This document shows positions 12,501 through 27,300 of a stretch of DNA of 64,000 bases, piece by piece. Every line of letters starts with the position of its first letter. The stretch's first letter is position 1. This DNA is from Lingula anatina. Its lineage: Eukaryota > Animalia > Brachiopoda. The position numbers and the translations under genes are program-made. The notes beneath the pieces were generated by a model. The model was not told where the DNA came from. It did not search any database and saw nothing but the letters and a program-made list of their open reading frames with translations. The stretch is from NCBI GenBank assembly GCA_051362555.1, contig CM120641.1:25736401-25800400 (forward strand). The letters are read 5' to 3'.

Positions 12501-15500
12501 GAACTGGAAATTAGAAACTGCTTTCATGTCCATCAGTATCTTTGATGCAGGGTATACTATTATGAAATCATACAAGCTTACAAATCCAAAAATAGCATGG
12601 AAAATAACCAGTTGGCTGTTACACTTAATGTCAGAGAAGTTTAATCCACAAAGAAAAAGTTTTGACGTGTATTATAAAAATCTGAGTAAAATGTCTTTGA
12701 TCAATGACAGCACTTTCAGTCACATTGACCTGGATGTTATAACAGTAATATAAACAACTGTTCTGTTGATATGATATATTTTCTATACTAGTTATACGTT
12801 TATTTCTTTTCCTAGCTGTCCAAACCACATGCTTCAGGATATCAATCAAACGGTAGTAAGGCCAGACAAAATGAATTATAAGTTGGTTTTAAATGAACAG
12901 TAAATGGAGTGGGTAGATGAAAAAATTTCTTTGCTTTTTTCTAGTGGGGAAGGGAATGTCAGATTCACTGTGTGGGTGATTTTACAACATAAAAACAACA
13001 GCAGTAAGGTTTTTCCTAGGGTTAATTGTATAATTCTGCTTAAAAAAAAGCAAATGCATGTTTTTCCATTTGGAAAAAAATATGTGCAAAGAAAAATTAG
13101 ATTTGCACTCCTTTTAAAACCAACTTATCAAATTGTTTAGCCTAAATGGCTTATTGGTATTCCTGTCAGCTGGGGTAAAAACTGGAGTACTGTACTTGTG
13201 CATAGAATAATGTTATCTGCTAATACATAAAGTGGTTCAATGTTATAAAAAAAAAGCCAGTTTGCAACTGAACTCTCTTCTTTTCCCTTCTCATGAAAGA
13301 GCCATGATAACCTTTATCATGCATTATTGATGAAAAACTTGTTTGTCTGTGTGCCTGTATGCATATTGAAGCAGTAATAATATTTACTTTCTCTTCATGA
13401 GTTTATCATTAATAAATAGTATAAACTAATTATATTAGAATTTAAGAGATTGTTGGCTAAATGTAAGCTGTTTTATGAAATGTAGCCTAATGGAGCCCTT
13501 ACCATCATCACAAAGAGAATCGTTTATACTTATAAATTTCGCTGGCAGTTCTGTGCACATTTCTATACCATTGAAAGTGAGAAATTTTTAAACAAAAAAA
13601 AAGTTGCTATCACCCAGCTGTGCTCTGGTTGAGAACATACCTGTAGATACCATCTGATGAGATGTACATTAGTATGCCTCTGGGAAGTGGTGTTTCATGG
13701 TGTGCTTTGGTCAATTCCCATTTACTTTTTTATGGGAATTTATAAAAATGATTGGTATGATTGCTTCTGCACCATTAATACATGATGTCATCTGTGTAAT
13801 AGAAATCACACAGCGTCCTGTCAATGATAGGGTGCACCAATGTTTGATTTTACCATTTAACCCTCTAAAATCACAGAACTCGGTGTATATTTGATGGAGA
13901 TGGCAGTTCAAACTTCCATCTTTGTATGTGTACACACAATGAAAGACTGAAAATAAAGTATGAAAAAAATGTAATCCTTTGGTTGTCTTCATATTGAGTT
14001 TTCTTGCTCTTTATATGCCAACTACTTTCCACCCACATGTATGCACATTGCATATTGCAATTAAGCCATTATAAAGACATAAGCCCAGCTAAACAGTTAC
14101 AGACTTGGTTTCTCTCTTCCTGATGTGTCAGGAGAGGATACAGAGCAGAGAGAAAGAACAGCTGGGGATGTCCTTGGGGAATGTGATTCAGACCATTATC
14201 ACCAGACTGATCAATGTAATGGGCCCATATGCTACACACCCTGAGTTTCAGATGGCTGTGAAAACTCTTCTAGTTATGCCTTAGGCTCTATTCCCATAGA
14301 TTTTAGATCGATCTATCCCCGCGGGGAGTCTCACTAGATTACTTTCAGATAATCCGACTTAAATGTCCGTCCCGCCTACCACAAGCTGTAAGGGGATAAT
14401 TAACTTTCGTGTCCGCCCGGCTGACAGCTATTTAGTGTGAACCCCCAGGGAGTTAGGTCGATCTAAAGAAGGTCGATCTAATCTATGGAAATGGGGTGTT
14501 AGGCTGTTATTTCCCATTATACATTCTAAAGGGAAAAAGTATTCTGTCATAGTACTACATATATGCTAAATTAGAGTGGAGAGCCAACAGTAAGTAACCC
14601 TTGCAACTCAGGGTATATGTCCCAGGCTTCACTGCAGTCTTGCTGCCAGAGTTTCAGGGATACCCTGAGTTTCAGAGGTCACTGGAAACTATTAGAGGCA
14701 TGCTGGTTTACAAGAAGTGAGTTCTCAGTGACCTGGGACTCGGGGTGGTATGAAAAGTTAGAGCCAAGTGATGCAGCTGGCACATTGGATGGAATATCTG
14801 TTGTTTTTGGTGATGCTTAACCTTATAGTATGAAAAGCTCAAGTCCTTCCATTGAACATATCAAACACTTTAAGCTGATCAGAAGCAGTATTGGGGTGGG
14901 GGCATGGTAGCAAAGTAAATGGTGCTGAATGCATTACATATATTTCTAAGTTGTCTCGTGGGAAATTTAAAGATCCTTAGTCCCAGAAGTATATCAGAAT
15001 GCAGGTTGTCTGTAATTTTTCTGGATAAGTATTGCATATTATTCTTTCATACTGTCGAAGAATCACCTCTCAGGTTATTTACATGCTGTAGATTTGGTAT
15101 CTAGGGTTGCATTCCCAGAGATTTAGATCGATCCAGAGATTTAGATTTAGATTGACCAAACTCCCCGGGGGTTCACGCTAAATTGCAGTCAGCCAAGTGC
15201 ACACCATAGTTAATTACCCCCTTACAGCTTTAAGTAGGCAGGACAGACGCTTAAGCCAGCTAAGCTGACAGTAATCTAGTGAGACAGACTCCCCCTGGGA
15301 TAGATTGAACTAAAATCTATGGGAATGGTGTCTAGGCCGGAGAGCAGTGTTTTATCAACAAACACTCTTCTGTAATTCACCCCATCCAGGTAAATACTAC
15401 TTATCACTGGTAAATACATATCACTGGTGTGATGTAGTCTGGATATCATGGAAATGCCCACTTTGTAGCTGTTAAGCCTGTACAAGTGGAAATATGGTAA

Positions 15501-16115
15501 TAATTTATGTTTATGGTCCTTACCTGATAAGGTTTGTTCTAGGCAATAAGAGTTTGCTGTGTCCATCTGGTAAGGTGAAATGCCTTCATAATAAGAAGTT
15601 TTGGTCATAAATCAAATTGTTTTTTTTTATGTAAAAATGTCATTGAGAAGTTAGGACTTGATGGTTCTCCTGTACTAGTACTTTCATAGGACTGTCACTG
15701 AACAAAATACAGATCATCTGTGAATTCCAGTGTGTAACAGGTTTTATGTGAAATGCACCCATTATTTATGCCCATCCTTGAGCTCTGATTTATTTTATGA
15801 TAAACAAATATTTTGTATATAGTAGTTAAAATATTTGATGTCACAAGAATTCACAAGAATATTTGATGTCAAGAATTTTTAAAACAAATTAAACATTTCT
15901 TTTATCTATTGAAAATTTTAATGTTTTCATTATCATTCCAGAGCTTATAAAACTGCTGTCCTCACAGATGACCTGCTGACATGTGAAAAAAGAGTTGAGA
16001 TTTTCAAGCAAGTATGCCAGGTTACAGTGAAGAAGTTCTCTGCCTGTATGCAGGGGGAGGGGAAAGACCTGGACAAGAGATTGGTATGTGTTATTGAGTA
16101 ATAATAATAATAATA

Positions 16116-16147
<32 letters not shown>

Positions 16148-18096
16148 ACTTTCTTTAGCTTTTGATGTTACACTTTAACATTGTCAAGTATCTATACTAC
16201 AGCACTTCTAATGCTAGTACTATTTGTTGACATTTTCTTCACCAGTGGTACAAGTATACTACTGGTTAACAAAATTCTCATTGTATACTCATTTGAAAGA
16301 TTGACTATTTTGGCTAGAAATTGCTAACATCTTATTACAATTCACCAATTGGATTGATTGCTTGTTGGTAATATATAAGCATGGTTTCAGTGGCTTAATT
16401 GTAAACTTCTGTTTTAATAGAATTAAATATTTAAAAATTCAATAAGGCAAGCTGATTGTCTGTTTAAGAAGGAACATCTAGTGATCTCTTTTGTGGCTCT
16501 CAGATGTTTTGTTTCAATAAAACAATACCACAGCAGATAATTCCAAACATGTTTTATCAGGTCAGGCCAACACAACTCGCTCTGTCATGACTGCTGCCTC
16601 TGCCAGCTTCCCAATACAACTGCTGTATACCTACAGTCCCTGACCCAGACCTAGACACATTAAAACAATAAATCAGAATTATTTATATAGCTCTGTATAC
16701 TGTTATGTATCTGTGGTGGAGAGGTTACGCAGTCTATGGTAGCTGTATCTCAGACCAGGCACCTGTACTCCTCACTTTTATCATCATGTTAATCTTATGG
16801 GGAGGTCTCCTCTCCGTTAACTGGCCTCAGTATCCACCCATTTATGTTGTATTAATGGCCCCAGCAAAATGAGGGAAGTAAGAGTACACGGCTTGAAAAT
16901 AAAGAGTCTGATCCAACTCTTGTTAACACATCTGGAAGGCATGTAGAGTAATGCCCATTGGCAAGACTAAAAACTATAAAGAATAGCAAATAATTTGGGT
17001 GTTTTATGTCATTATTCTGACATTTTGGGGACAAGTTTTGATTTCTGTGAAGGGAACAAATCCAAATATCCATGGAGCACAGGTCAAATGATGTTGTCAT
17101 TAACATGATTATATAACAAACAAACCCACTCATCAGGACCTCAAGCAGGGATTTCTTTAGAATAGTTCAATACTGTGAAAATATTAAACAAAATGAATAT
17201 GTTGGTTTACACATATAGAGTATGGATCTTGGCAGTGATCATATCACTAGTGGATGGAAGTTCTGTGTTTTGGCAACTCTCTTGTCATAACAGTGCCCCA
17301 GAGGCATGCATCCACTAGAGGTCTGCATGCTTTACAAGTCACACCAAGGCTTGATAAGAGGCTTGAAGGGCAGTGTAAGGTTGTGTGTGGAAGTCCTGAA
17401 ATGTTAGAAGCTGTGCTGCTCTACCTGGTTTTGAATGTCTTAGTTACTGTAACGTTATAATGTCACAATCAGTGGAAAATTAAAGAGGAACAAAAACAAA
17501 ATGAACCTTACCAATAAAAGTGTTCTGAATTTGTTGCAAAACAAAGAGAGAAAAAAAATGAATGAATGAATGAATGAATGAATGAAAAAGATGTGATGGC
17601 ATGCATATTTGCATATAGATATTTATATTATATATATTTTCAGAAAAAGATTCCCGAGTCTCAGTTGGGGACCAGTATGGCAGAATCTGCTGCAGCTCTG
17701 GGAGAAGAGACTCTGATGGGGTAGGGGAAAATATTGACATTTACCAAACCTATTCTAAATTTGAAAATATTATAAACTCTATTGAAATCATGTTTTGTCA
17801 AGGGTTGTCTCTTCACTTCACATTCAAGATGATGAATCTGGATATTTTCCAAGAGTACTCAGGTTAAATAGCTGCTTAACAAATGCTTATGCCTACTCTT
17901 TGGTATTTATCTATTAAGACTGAAGACTTTTTCTTGTGCAAAATCCAAAAACAGTTCAGTATGCCAGGTTCTTGAGGTTTCCCAGACCATCTACATCATC
18001 TTGTAATCACCAATCCAAATAAGCAACAAGAAGCTGAATTACACGCACTGTGCAGTATTTTTATCTTGTTGTCGCGAACTTAATGGATTAAACAAT

Positions 18097-18139
<43 letters not shown>

Positions 18140-21100
18140 TGTGGGATATTTAAGTTTGATAAATGAATAGATTATTTTTGTTAAGATATATGTTAATTCT
18201 TTTTCTTGTATTTCAGGAGTGTATTTGCAATGTGTGGGGATGGGGAAGGAAAAATCAGCCAAGCATTATTAGACTACGAGATGAATGTCGAGCAAGATGT
18301 GATCTCACCATTTCAGTCTTTGCTGGAGGTATGTGACCAGTCTCCTTATGTAAACACTTTATTGCAGTAGTGCTTATGTAGTACCAGAATCAGGAATATA
18401 TAAATAATTTATTAGGGTACAAGACCAGACAAAGCTGATAGGTAAGTTAATGAACCGCGACTAAGTAAACAGGGTCAGTAGGCAGAAATTTTTAATCATG
18501 TTTTTACATGTAGGATATTAAACAAGCAGGATGGCTGAATATTAGGGTTCTTTTTTAAGTTGTCATGAAATTATATATAATTATATTATATTATTATTGA
18601 AAAGATCCACTATGAATCAAAATTTGATCTAGGTCCACTTTTTTTAAAAAAAGAAAAAAACCCTTTCCTTTGAAATTGCTGGCCTCGTGCCCCATGTATG
18701 GCATAAAGTATTGTTTTATTACTTTTAGAATGAGATTCCTAGTATCACTAAGACAAGGAAACAGCTGGCCAAGTTGACACTTGATATGGACTCTGCCAGT
18801 AACAGGTGAGGAATTAGCAAACAATAAAGTACTGATTGCCCCAGTGACATCCAAGATGTGGTTCTAATATTGTATTTTCACATTTTTGTCTGTGTTATTT
18901 ACTTTGATTTTTCGCTTATGTCAAAGCCTGTTATTATTGTCATTCATGATTATCGGATTTCTTTTTCATTAATATTATATATTTTTTCTTTCTTATTTTT
19001 AATTCACCACCCCAAATAACACCAGCAACAACAACAACAACAAATATACAACTTTCCTTCTTCCCCCTTCAAAAAAAATTTTTTTTCTGTTTTTATAGTT
19101 TGATCCTAAACCTTTCATTCTTATAACAAACTTGTGCCACAATGTCAGACCATGACATAAGGTCAAAGTTTCATACAGTTTCACACCTTTTCGCCATCCT
19201 ATAGTATAAATGTGTGGTGAACACACTGGTGACTTATTTTCCACTTCCTCCCACCAGGTGGCAGACTGCAGTGCGCCAGTCCCATGCCACAGGTACAAAC
19301 ATGGCTCATGCGGCGGCCAAAGCCGAAACAATCAAAGATGAAATGGAGGAAGCTTCACAACGAGTAGAACAGTGCAGAGACGCTTTAGCAACAGAAATGT
19401 TCACTTTTATTTCTAGAGAGGCTGAATACTGCCAAAGACTACTAACAGTGAGTATCATATAACATCAGTTGAGATCAAATAATGCAAATTAAATGATAAA
19501 AAGAAAACTTTTTGAATTTCTAGTTTGAGAAAAAAATGTGAGTTAATACTTAAATTTCTATTAAAACAATAACAGTGTTTGTACATAGTGTTTGTACATT
19601 AACCCAGCCTTTCCATTTCTCACAAAGAGATATCGATTCAGTGAAAAGCATCCACTATTGAGATAAGTTGAGATAAAATAATGCAAATTAAAAGATAAAA
19701 AGAGAACTTTTTGTATTTCTAGTTTGAGAAAGAAATGTGAGTTAATACTTTAATTTCTATTATAACAATAACAGTGTTTGTACATATTAACCCAGCCTTT
19801 CCATTTCTCACAAAGAGATATCGATCTAGTGACAAGCAAAATATCCTGTTCTGATAAACCTAATCCTCTCAAGCTAAGTGATCTGTCCTTTATAACACTG
19901 ATATTTTCATATCTTCATTGTTTCTCCTAGTTTATTGAAAACCAGGCTCAGTATCACAGGAATGCACTGGAGTCTTTAGAGAGAATAATACCTGAACTTC
20001 AGGGACAAATAGGTAAACTGACAGTAGTCTCAGCTCTAACAGAATTTACCTTCTTTAATTATGATTCTTGAATGATGAATATCTTGTAAAATGCATGCAT
20101 TCATTTATAATAGTTGAGCGTTATATTGATAGTAATGTAAAGAACATTACTGATAGAAGTAACAGTTCGATACGTATTGTAACTCCTTTGCCATTCTCAC
20201 TTAAAAAATGAAAATAAATTGACGAAAAGATTAAGATGATGGTAAATGAATGAATGAATGAATGAATGAATGAAGAAATAAAGAAGAAAAAATGAATATT
20301 TGAAAAATAAAATATGGAGATAGAATTGCCCTGATATTTCAGACCAACATCCTCTTAAACCTGTCTATGGCTGTCCACTGGCTGAGCATCTGCATGTGAC
20401 AGAGAGAGACATTGCTTCAGTTATAGAAGACTGTGTGTGTACACTACTAGAGATTGGGATGGAGGAAGAAGTGAGTTCTTTATTCAAATGTAAAGCGGAG
20501 AACATTTGACTGTAACTGTTATAGTAATTTATATCCTGTTCCACTGAAAATAAAGGATAAACAGATTTGATTGTTATCTTATCCCTTCCTGTTGTTCAAA
20601 GTGCAAGGTAATTCTTTTTTTTCTGTTTCAAATATGAAAAAAAGACATCTGGATGTTATTTAATCTCTTCCTCTTTCACTTTAAAAAGTGCAGTTGACAA
20701 AATAATGATTTCAGAAAAAAAAACTTAGTCACATTTAGTCAAATTAAGATATGTAAAACAGCCACTGTTTAGCATATTTGTTAACCAATGGCATAACTGT
20801 CTATTTGTTTGCAGGGATTATTTAGGGTTGCAGGTGGAGCTGCAAAAGTGAAAAAATTAAAGGTATTTATTTATATATTTGCACCACCAGTTTTGTGTGG
20901 TAGTGAGTACATTCAATTTTATCAGTCTTTGTTATAATTCTATTCCTCGTCCAGCATACTAATACTGAGTCACTAAGGTTGAAGTAAGAGAGCAGTTCTG
21001 CCTTGATCTGTATTTGATAGTAATGAACAAAGGGATACCATAACTTCAGAATTTTTCACAAACTGCAAACATTTGCATTGTTATTGTATAATTTTAAGGA

Positions 21101-24100
21101 ATTGGAGATAACTGTGGCCATAGTAATATGTCAGTGCACAAATTTGTTGTTCTTGTTTTTGTGGTGGTGATGGTTCTTCTTCTTTTTATTCTTCTTTTTA
21201 TTCATTTATGTATTCATTTTTGTCATCTTCAGGCAGCTTTTGATGCTGGCATAGTAGATATGAGTGATTATGTTCGCGACATCCACTGTATTGCTGGTGC
21301 TTTAAAACTTTACCTTCGGGAACTCCCCGAGCCTCTCTTAACATATGACTTATACGACGAGTGGATGGCAGCGGCACAAATGTAAGTCACAAATATTTCA
21401 TTTATATACTAGATAAAAGCCTGTACATAACCTGATAGTATGTCTGTAAAGAAATGTACATAAGGACTTGAATAGGCAAAAAAATTATATCTTAAACAAG
21501 TTTAATGAAGAGTAGAGAAGTGGAAGGTGTTCTTTGTATATGCACACACCCTTTCTATTAAGAAATATGCTAATCCAGAATGTTTTATAGGAATAATAAA
21601 ATTGTTATGATTTCTCCCATATGTTTTAGACAAGATCCAGATCAGAGGCTACAGGCTTTATGGATGACGGCAAATAAATTACCAAAACCAAACTACGATA
21701 ATTTAAAGTAAGTAATAGTTACACCACTATTCAGTGACAAACCTGAGTGAAAAGTATGTCACACACATTGCTGACAAGAAGTGTACCTGACTTCTATTTT
21801 AGCAGATGTCAAGAACAGGGGCAGTGTTACTCTCTGTCAGGCATGACGTGCATGTTTACGAAATAGCCTGGATCTTTTGTTCTCGACATCTGCCAAGGTG
21901 TATATTACCAAGGATTAACATAACTGACAGTTCATATCTTCAAATGTATATTCCATAGTAAATAAGATATAACAAGTATACACTGTAGAGTTTTATGTTT
22001 AAGATTTCTGACACAGTAAGATAATAGAACAGCCAAATCTTTCAGTGCTTTTTGACAAATCATTTTATTTATCTGTGATATTTTTTAATTGCCTGGAATT
22101 TTGTTTCAGATATCTCATAAAATTCTTAGCCAAATTGGCAGAATCTTCAGAGGTGAATAAAATGAATGCTAGCAATATAGCTATTGTGATAGGACCAAAT
22201 TTGATATGGCCTAGTAATGATACAGGGTGAGTGAAATATGAACAAAAACTGGCATTGAATTAAATGGGATGAGTGAAAATAATGAAAAGGGTAGGTATGA
22301 GCATGTAAACATATTATATTTAAAAATGTTGTAGCAGGCTGTATGAAATCAGAGGAGTTATTTATGTTTCTGTGTTATACCACATAGTGTTGAAGTGACT
22401 GCTGTTGGGAAACATTTGAGCCTAAAATACTTAAAAGCAGTGTAAATTGAAGAGCATTCCATCTATTCAGATAATTTACCCTTTAATAGCTATTATTTTT
22501 TCACTAGATGTCTCTTAGTGTCTGTCATAAAAAAAAGACATGCTGGAAGGCCTATCACTTTGAAAAGCATTATTTTGTCCTTTTCAGGCCCAGTGTTCTC
22601 ACTGCTTCCACACAATCCTCTATCACAGAATCTTTTGTGACCCATGCTGAGTGGTTCTTTCCTGGAGGTGAGTGGGGTTAACATCAATTATCTATAGTCT
22701 TAGGCTTCGTTCACATGCAATGTCTATTTTCTAATTTCTATTTTCTATTTGCGCTATCTTATGATCACGGTCTGTGTCCTGAATATCCCGCCGCGTAATT
22801 ACTGGCAGCGCGAGCCAGTTACTTATAGTAACTTATAGTAACTGGCTCGTGCTGCCAGTAATTACGCCGCGGGATATTCAGGCCACAGACCGTGATCATA
22901 AGACATACCGCAAATAGAAAATAGAATTTAGAAAATAGACATTGCATGTGAACGAAGCCTTATTTATACATAGGATTGACTTGTGATATAATTGACCAAT
23001 GATAACAAAAATCAGGCATGTCTTTTGGAAGTGGATCACCAAAACATTGTGAAAGCACAACTTTTCATCATGAAGTGTACAGGAAAGAATCAGTACTTTT
23101 TTTGGTAATTGGCCTGTTTTGAAATTCCCCCCAAAAAACCTTTCTGAATGCTGCTGTTACACTGTAGGGCACAGATGGCATGTTGGCCAATCATGATGCC
23201 AGTGGCCTTAGGTCACAGATGGCATATTTGCTGATGATGCCAGTGACCCCATTTTACAGATGGCATGTTTGCCAATGATTTCAGTGGCCAAAGGTCACAG
23301 ATGGTCTCCCCTGCATTGCCATTAGTACAGTTTAGGTATGAGATTTTCTTCTCTCCAATACACCACATAAGGCAATTGAATGGATGCACATAGGAAACTA
23401 TATGTGAATTGTACTACTATTAGTTCAGTAACAGTTTTATAGTTATCCTGGTAATATTTGTAGTTTAGAAGCACCTCTGAAGCTAGTTAACCACATGTAT
23501 ACATATTATTTTGCCCATAATCTTCCTGCACCAAATAAAATATCTCACTACTTAGTTTTTCAACACTTTTCTTACTCTTGTACTCTTATTAAGATGTCTT
23601 TTAATGAAGAATTCTTTTAAAACAAACTGGTTAAAAGAACAATATATAATAGGGAATTGTACTTTTAGTGGAGTGTAATGTTAGGTGTAATAATTTGTGC
23701 TAGCATCCTGTTATGTCTTGTTATTAATGTGATCATCAGTAGTTTATGTTGATATAACAAATGTATTGCTGACAGGCTTCCTCGGTTCTCTCATTTTTAC
23801 AAAGGTTATGAAAGTAGAATTGTTCTAAAGAGCCGCATATTCGCCATTGAACTCTTTTATTATATTGTTGATATGAAAGCATTTTACTTTTTAGTTGAAC
23901 ATACTGCATTGTTAAAAGCCAACAAATTATAATTAATTTTTCAACTTTATAGTTAGCATACATGAGACTGCATTTTTGATTGACATGATACATTTGGTAT
24001 CTTATACTTTTGTTTTATAGTGGATGTTTGTTTATTTTCTACTTATGTCCTGTTTTGTTCCATGTATATAGTCCCATCTAATAGCTGTAACATGTGCCTA

Positions 24101-24312
24101 TTCCGTTAAAGCCTTTTATCTATAGCCATAGCCAAATCCTTGTGCTGGTGGTGGAAAGAAAGTTGTAGGTGATGGTCACTAAAAGTTTTGCCTTGTTTCC
24201 TGCTATGAAACTGAAATCTTGCAGAAGTCCACTTGATTATAAAAAAATCCAGAATGACAACGTGATACAACCAAAAAAAAAAAATTGGGAGATTTGGTCA
24301 AATATGAAGTGG

Positions 24313-24349
<37 letters not shown>

Positions 24350-27300
24350 GGGGGGGGGGGGTAACTTCTTTCAATTTATTTTTACACAACTTAAAACTTT
24401 CTTAATAAAGATGCAAAATTTTAACATCCTTATAGATGCAAGGTATGTAAGTTGAATGAAATACATAGAAAAAAACAAAAAGTTTTTTCAAAGATGGAAT
24501 ATTTCAATTTTCATGTACATGAGCAAGGCAGGATCAAAGGTGCCATCACAGTTTAATGTTATAACCAAACCCCTGGGTTAACATTGACCAGGAGTGGGTA
24601 AATAGGCTATGTAGATATTAGTTTTAATGCCTGTACTAAACAAAATGGGCTGTATATTCATAAAAAGAAAAAAACTTGAAAATCATGAAAAGTACATAAT
24701 CATTTGCAGAAGAAAAACAGTTGTGTTTTACTCTGGGAATACAGTTTTAAAAAATCCAGAAGAACTATAAACCACTGAAATTATGACTAAAAAGTTTACA
24801 TTTTAGACACATTTTGGGTTAAAATGTCAGGAAAATATCATAGTGTACTTGGTGGTGGTTTTCTTCTTACAGTGTGTGTTCTCCCTGCTGGGCTGTTCTT
24901 AATGAAGAAATAATGTTCCTTTGGGCCAGACAAAATTGATAAGTCGCTTAACTTGTGCAACTTACCCTAATTTTAAAGAAGTCTGAATTCTTTGTCACAC
25001 CTATAAATGCATTCATTTGGTGATTAGTTGACTGTTTTTAGAGAGTTGCCTCTCCCATGAACCAATCTATATTCTTCTGACCTTACTAAAAACTGTTCAC
25101 CAGAGATAACACACCAGTTGCTGGCTTTTTACAAAGTTAACACAGTCTGTGACAAAAACCACTGCCCCCCCCCCCCCCCCCCCCCTCTACAATGCCAAAT
25201 AAATACCAGTTAAATTTTATAACTTTGTTCAAATTCTGGCCACTATGTTTCTTCTTTAGATAGATTCCTAGACCCTTATGATCCCTTTGGTCAGTAGCCT
25301 AAAAAGGTTTTTGGCACAGGCTGGGCATATATCTATTGTTTATTTACCTGTTAGGCTTATAATTAGGAATTCATGTTTCTAAAAAGTTGGACATTGACAA
25401 GTTCTGGATCATAATAGGCAGGTTGAGATAATTGACACATAACCTTGGCTTTCTGTGCTTAGAAGCTTGCTTACAAGTTTCTTCCTATAAAATATAAAAT
25501 ATCATATTTTTACTTAATGAAATATTTAAAAAAAAACTCGCAATCTGTATTTTAATATACTAGTTTCAGGCTGCAGGTTGCTAGAGCATGATTGTTTCCT
25601 TCAAGTACACACAGAAATGTGTTGTGCAGCTTGTGCTCTTCTGTAACCTTTCTTGCTGTTCTCTTTCTTAATCCAGAGGTGGCATTTCAAAAGAGTGCTA
25701 CCCGGGAATCCTCGCCTATTATATCAGGGCAGTCTGAGCATGCTCAAAAAGGTGGAGGGAAAGTGGCTGGCAAACATGGTGTTCTGGATTCGGCTATAGG
25801 CATGATTCATAAGACGCTAGTTGTTCCTATTAAAACCTCTGCCAGTTTACCAGAACTTGCACACTACAGAGCCTCTGAATTTCCAAATGCAGAGATCGCT
25901 GATATAGAACTGGCTTCACCCACCAATGAGCGCAGCAGAAGCCTGGGGTTCCAGTCAAGACAGGCCGAGAAGAGTGAGGTGCCCCCTGGTGGAGACGAAG
26001 AAGAACAGTATGGTTCAGCAACTAAGGGGACTTTTCATCGCCAGGATTCCTTGAAGGGTTTCCAGCCCTCTATGGAGACCCTGCCAGAAGACCACACAGC
26101 GGAGGAAGGTGAAGGTGAACATAAACTCCCCACCACAGCCTCTGACAATCAGTTACTCTTGGCCCAGTCAAATAAGTCCCAACAGGGCCACTCTGATGTG
26201 GAGGCCATGGATCTTGCTGATCACACCATCAGAGAAAATCTGCCTTACATTCCTGCCCCGCCTCCCCCGCGAGGATTTCACTCTGACATCTATGACACAG
26301 TGTTTACGTTACAGTTATTGGGTGCTGGTGGTTGCTCAGATTATCTAACCAAGATGCGCTCCATATGGGATGGGAAAAATAAGCGCAATTCATTTGCAGG
26401 AATGCCGTCTTCAGGTAAAGGTAACCAAGTGATTCTAGTGGTGGATGGCTTTTTTTTTTCAAACACGACCAGTTTAACATGCATGGCCCCATACTCCCGG
26501 CATGGATTCACTCATTTGTTGTGTTATATCATCCTCATTGTCGTCATCTTTGTGTTATAACTAATACCATCCACGCCAGGTATGGCTACTACTCACCTGA
26601 AGTACCTTGGAATGATTAACATTTACATCAAGCTTGAGTTCAATACTATGAACAAGTTAAATAATTATACTGTTGGTTTGCATTGTGGCATCAGAGAAAA
26701 ACCCTGCTTATATTCATGCCACCTGTATTTTATATACCAGTTTGAATCATAGGATATGCTCGCTCTGAGGTATGGCAAGTAGAAAGTAAGTACCTTTTCA
26801 AAATGAGCAATACAGTTTTCTGGACTACTCTTCTTTGAGAGATTGTCAAGTCAATTGCTTTTACATAAAAGAGCCACGTAAACTGAACTCCTGCTCTCAA
26901 CAATTTTGTACATAGGAGGTTATGAAAGCAAGTACGGTATTGGTTTGATCATTCAACTGGGAAAATTGTGAATTTTACAGATAATATTTTAAGTAGTAAA
27001 TTCTTAAAATTAAAACATTCCAATTGAGTGGCACCAACATAATTGAAGGGCAGACTACCCACTTGTCCTATTCTATGCAGTAAAAGCACCAAAATACATA
27101 GAAAAATATTTTTTTATAATTCCAAAATTATGCATCTGAAAAATCGATAATTTTCTAAGGTTGAAATGATCAAACCCGTACCCCCCCTTCCCCAAGACCA
27201 GTCAAACTGGTGCAGTACAGAAAACTGTACTTCTCAATGTGAAAAGGACATACCATGCTAAGCCTTGTACAGCATGTCCATGAAGTACCATGTAATAAAG

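Noticed and set aside
16712-16885. Possible degenerate tRNA-derived SINE
   Set aside because: Only an A-box-like stretch is visible; no clear B box, TSD or second copy in the window.
20071-20155. Possible intronic C/D box snoRNA (ATGATGA ... CTGA, about 80 nt)
   Set aside because: Only a weak 4-bp terminal stem and no recognisable rRNA-complementary guide; such boxes are common by chance in AT-rich DNA.
23168-23335. Possible extra ARHGAP exon (tgtag ... ag|gtatga)
   Set aside because: An in-frame TGA follows within 10 codons in the required phase, and the region is a minisatellite.
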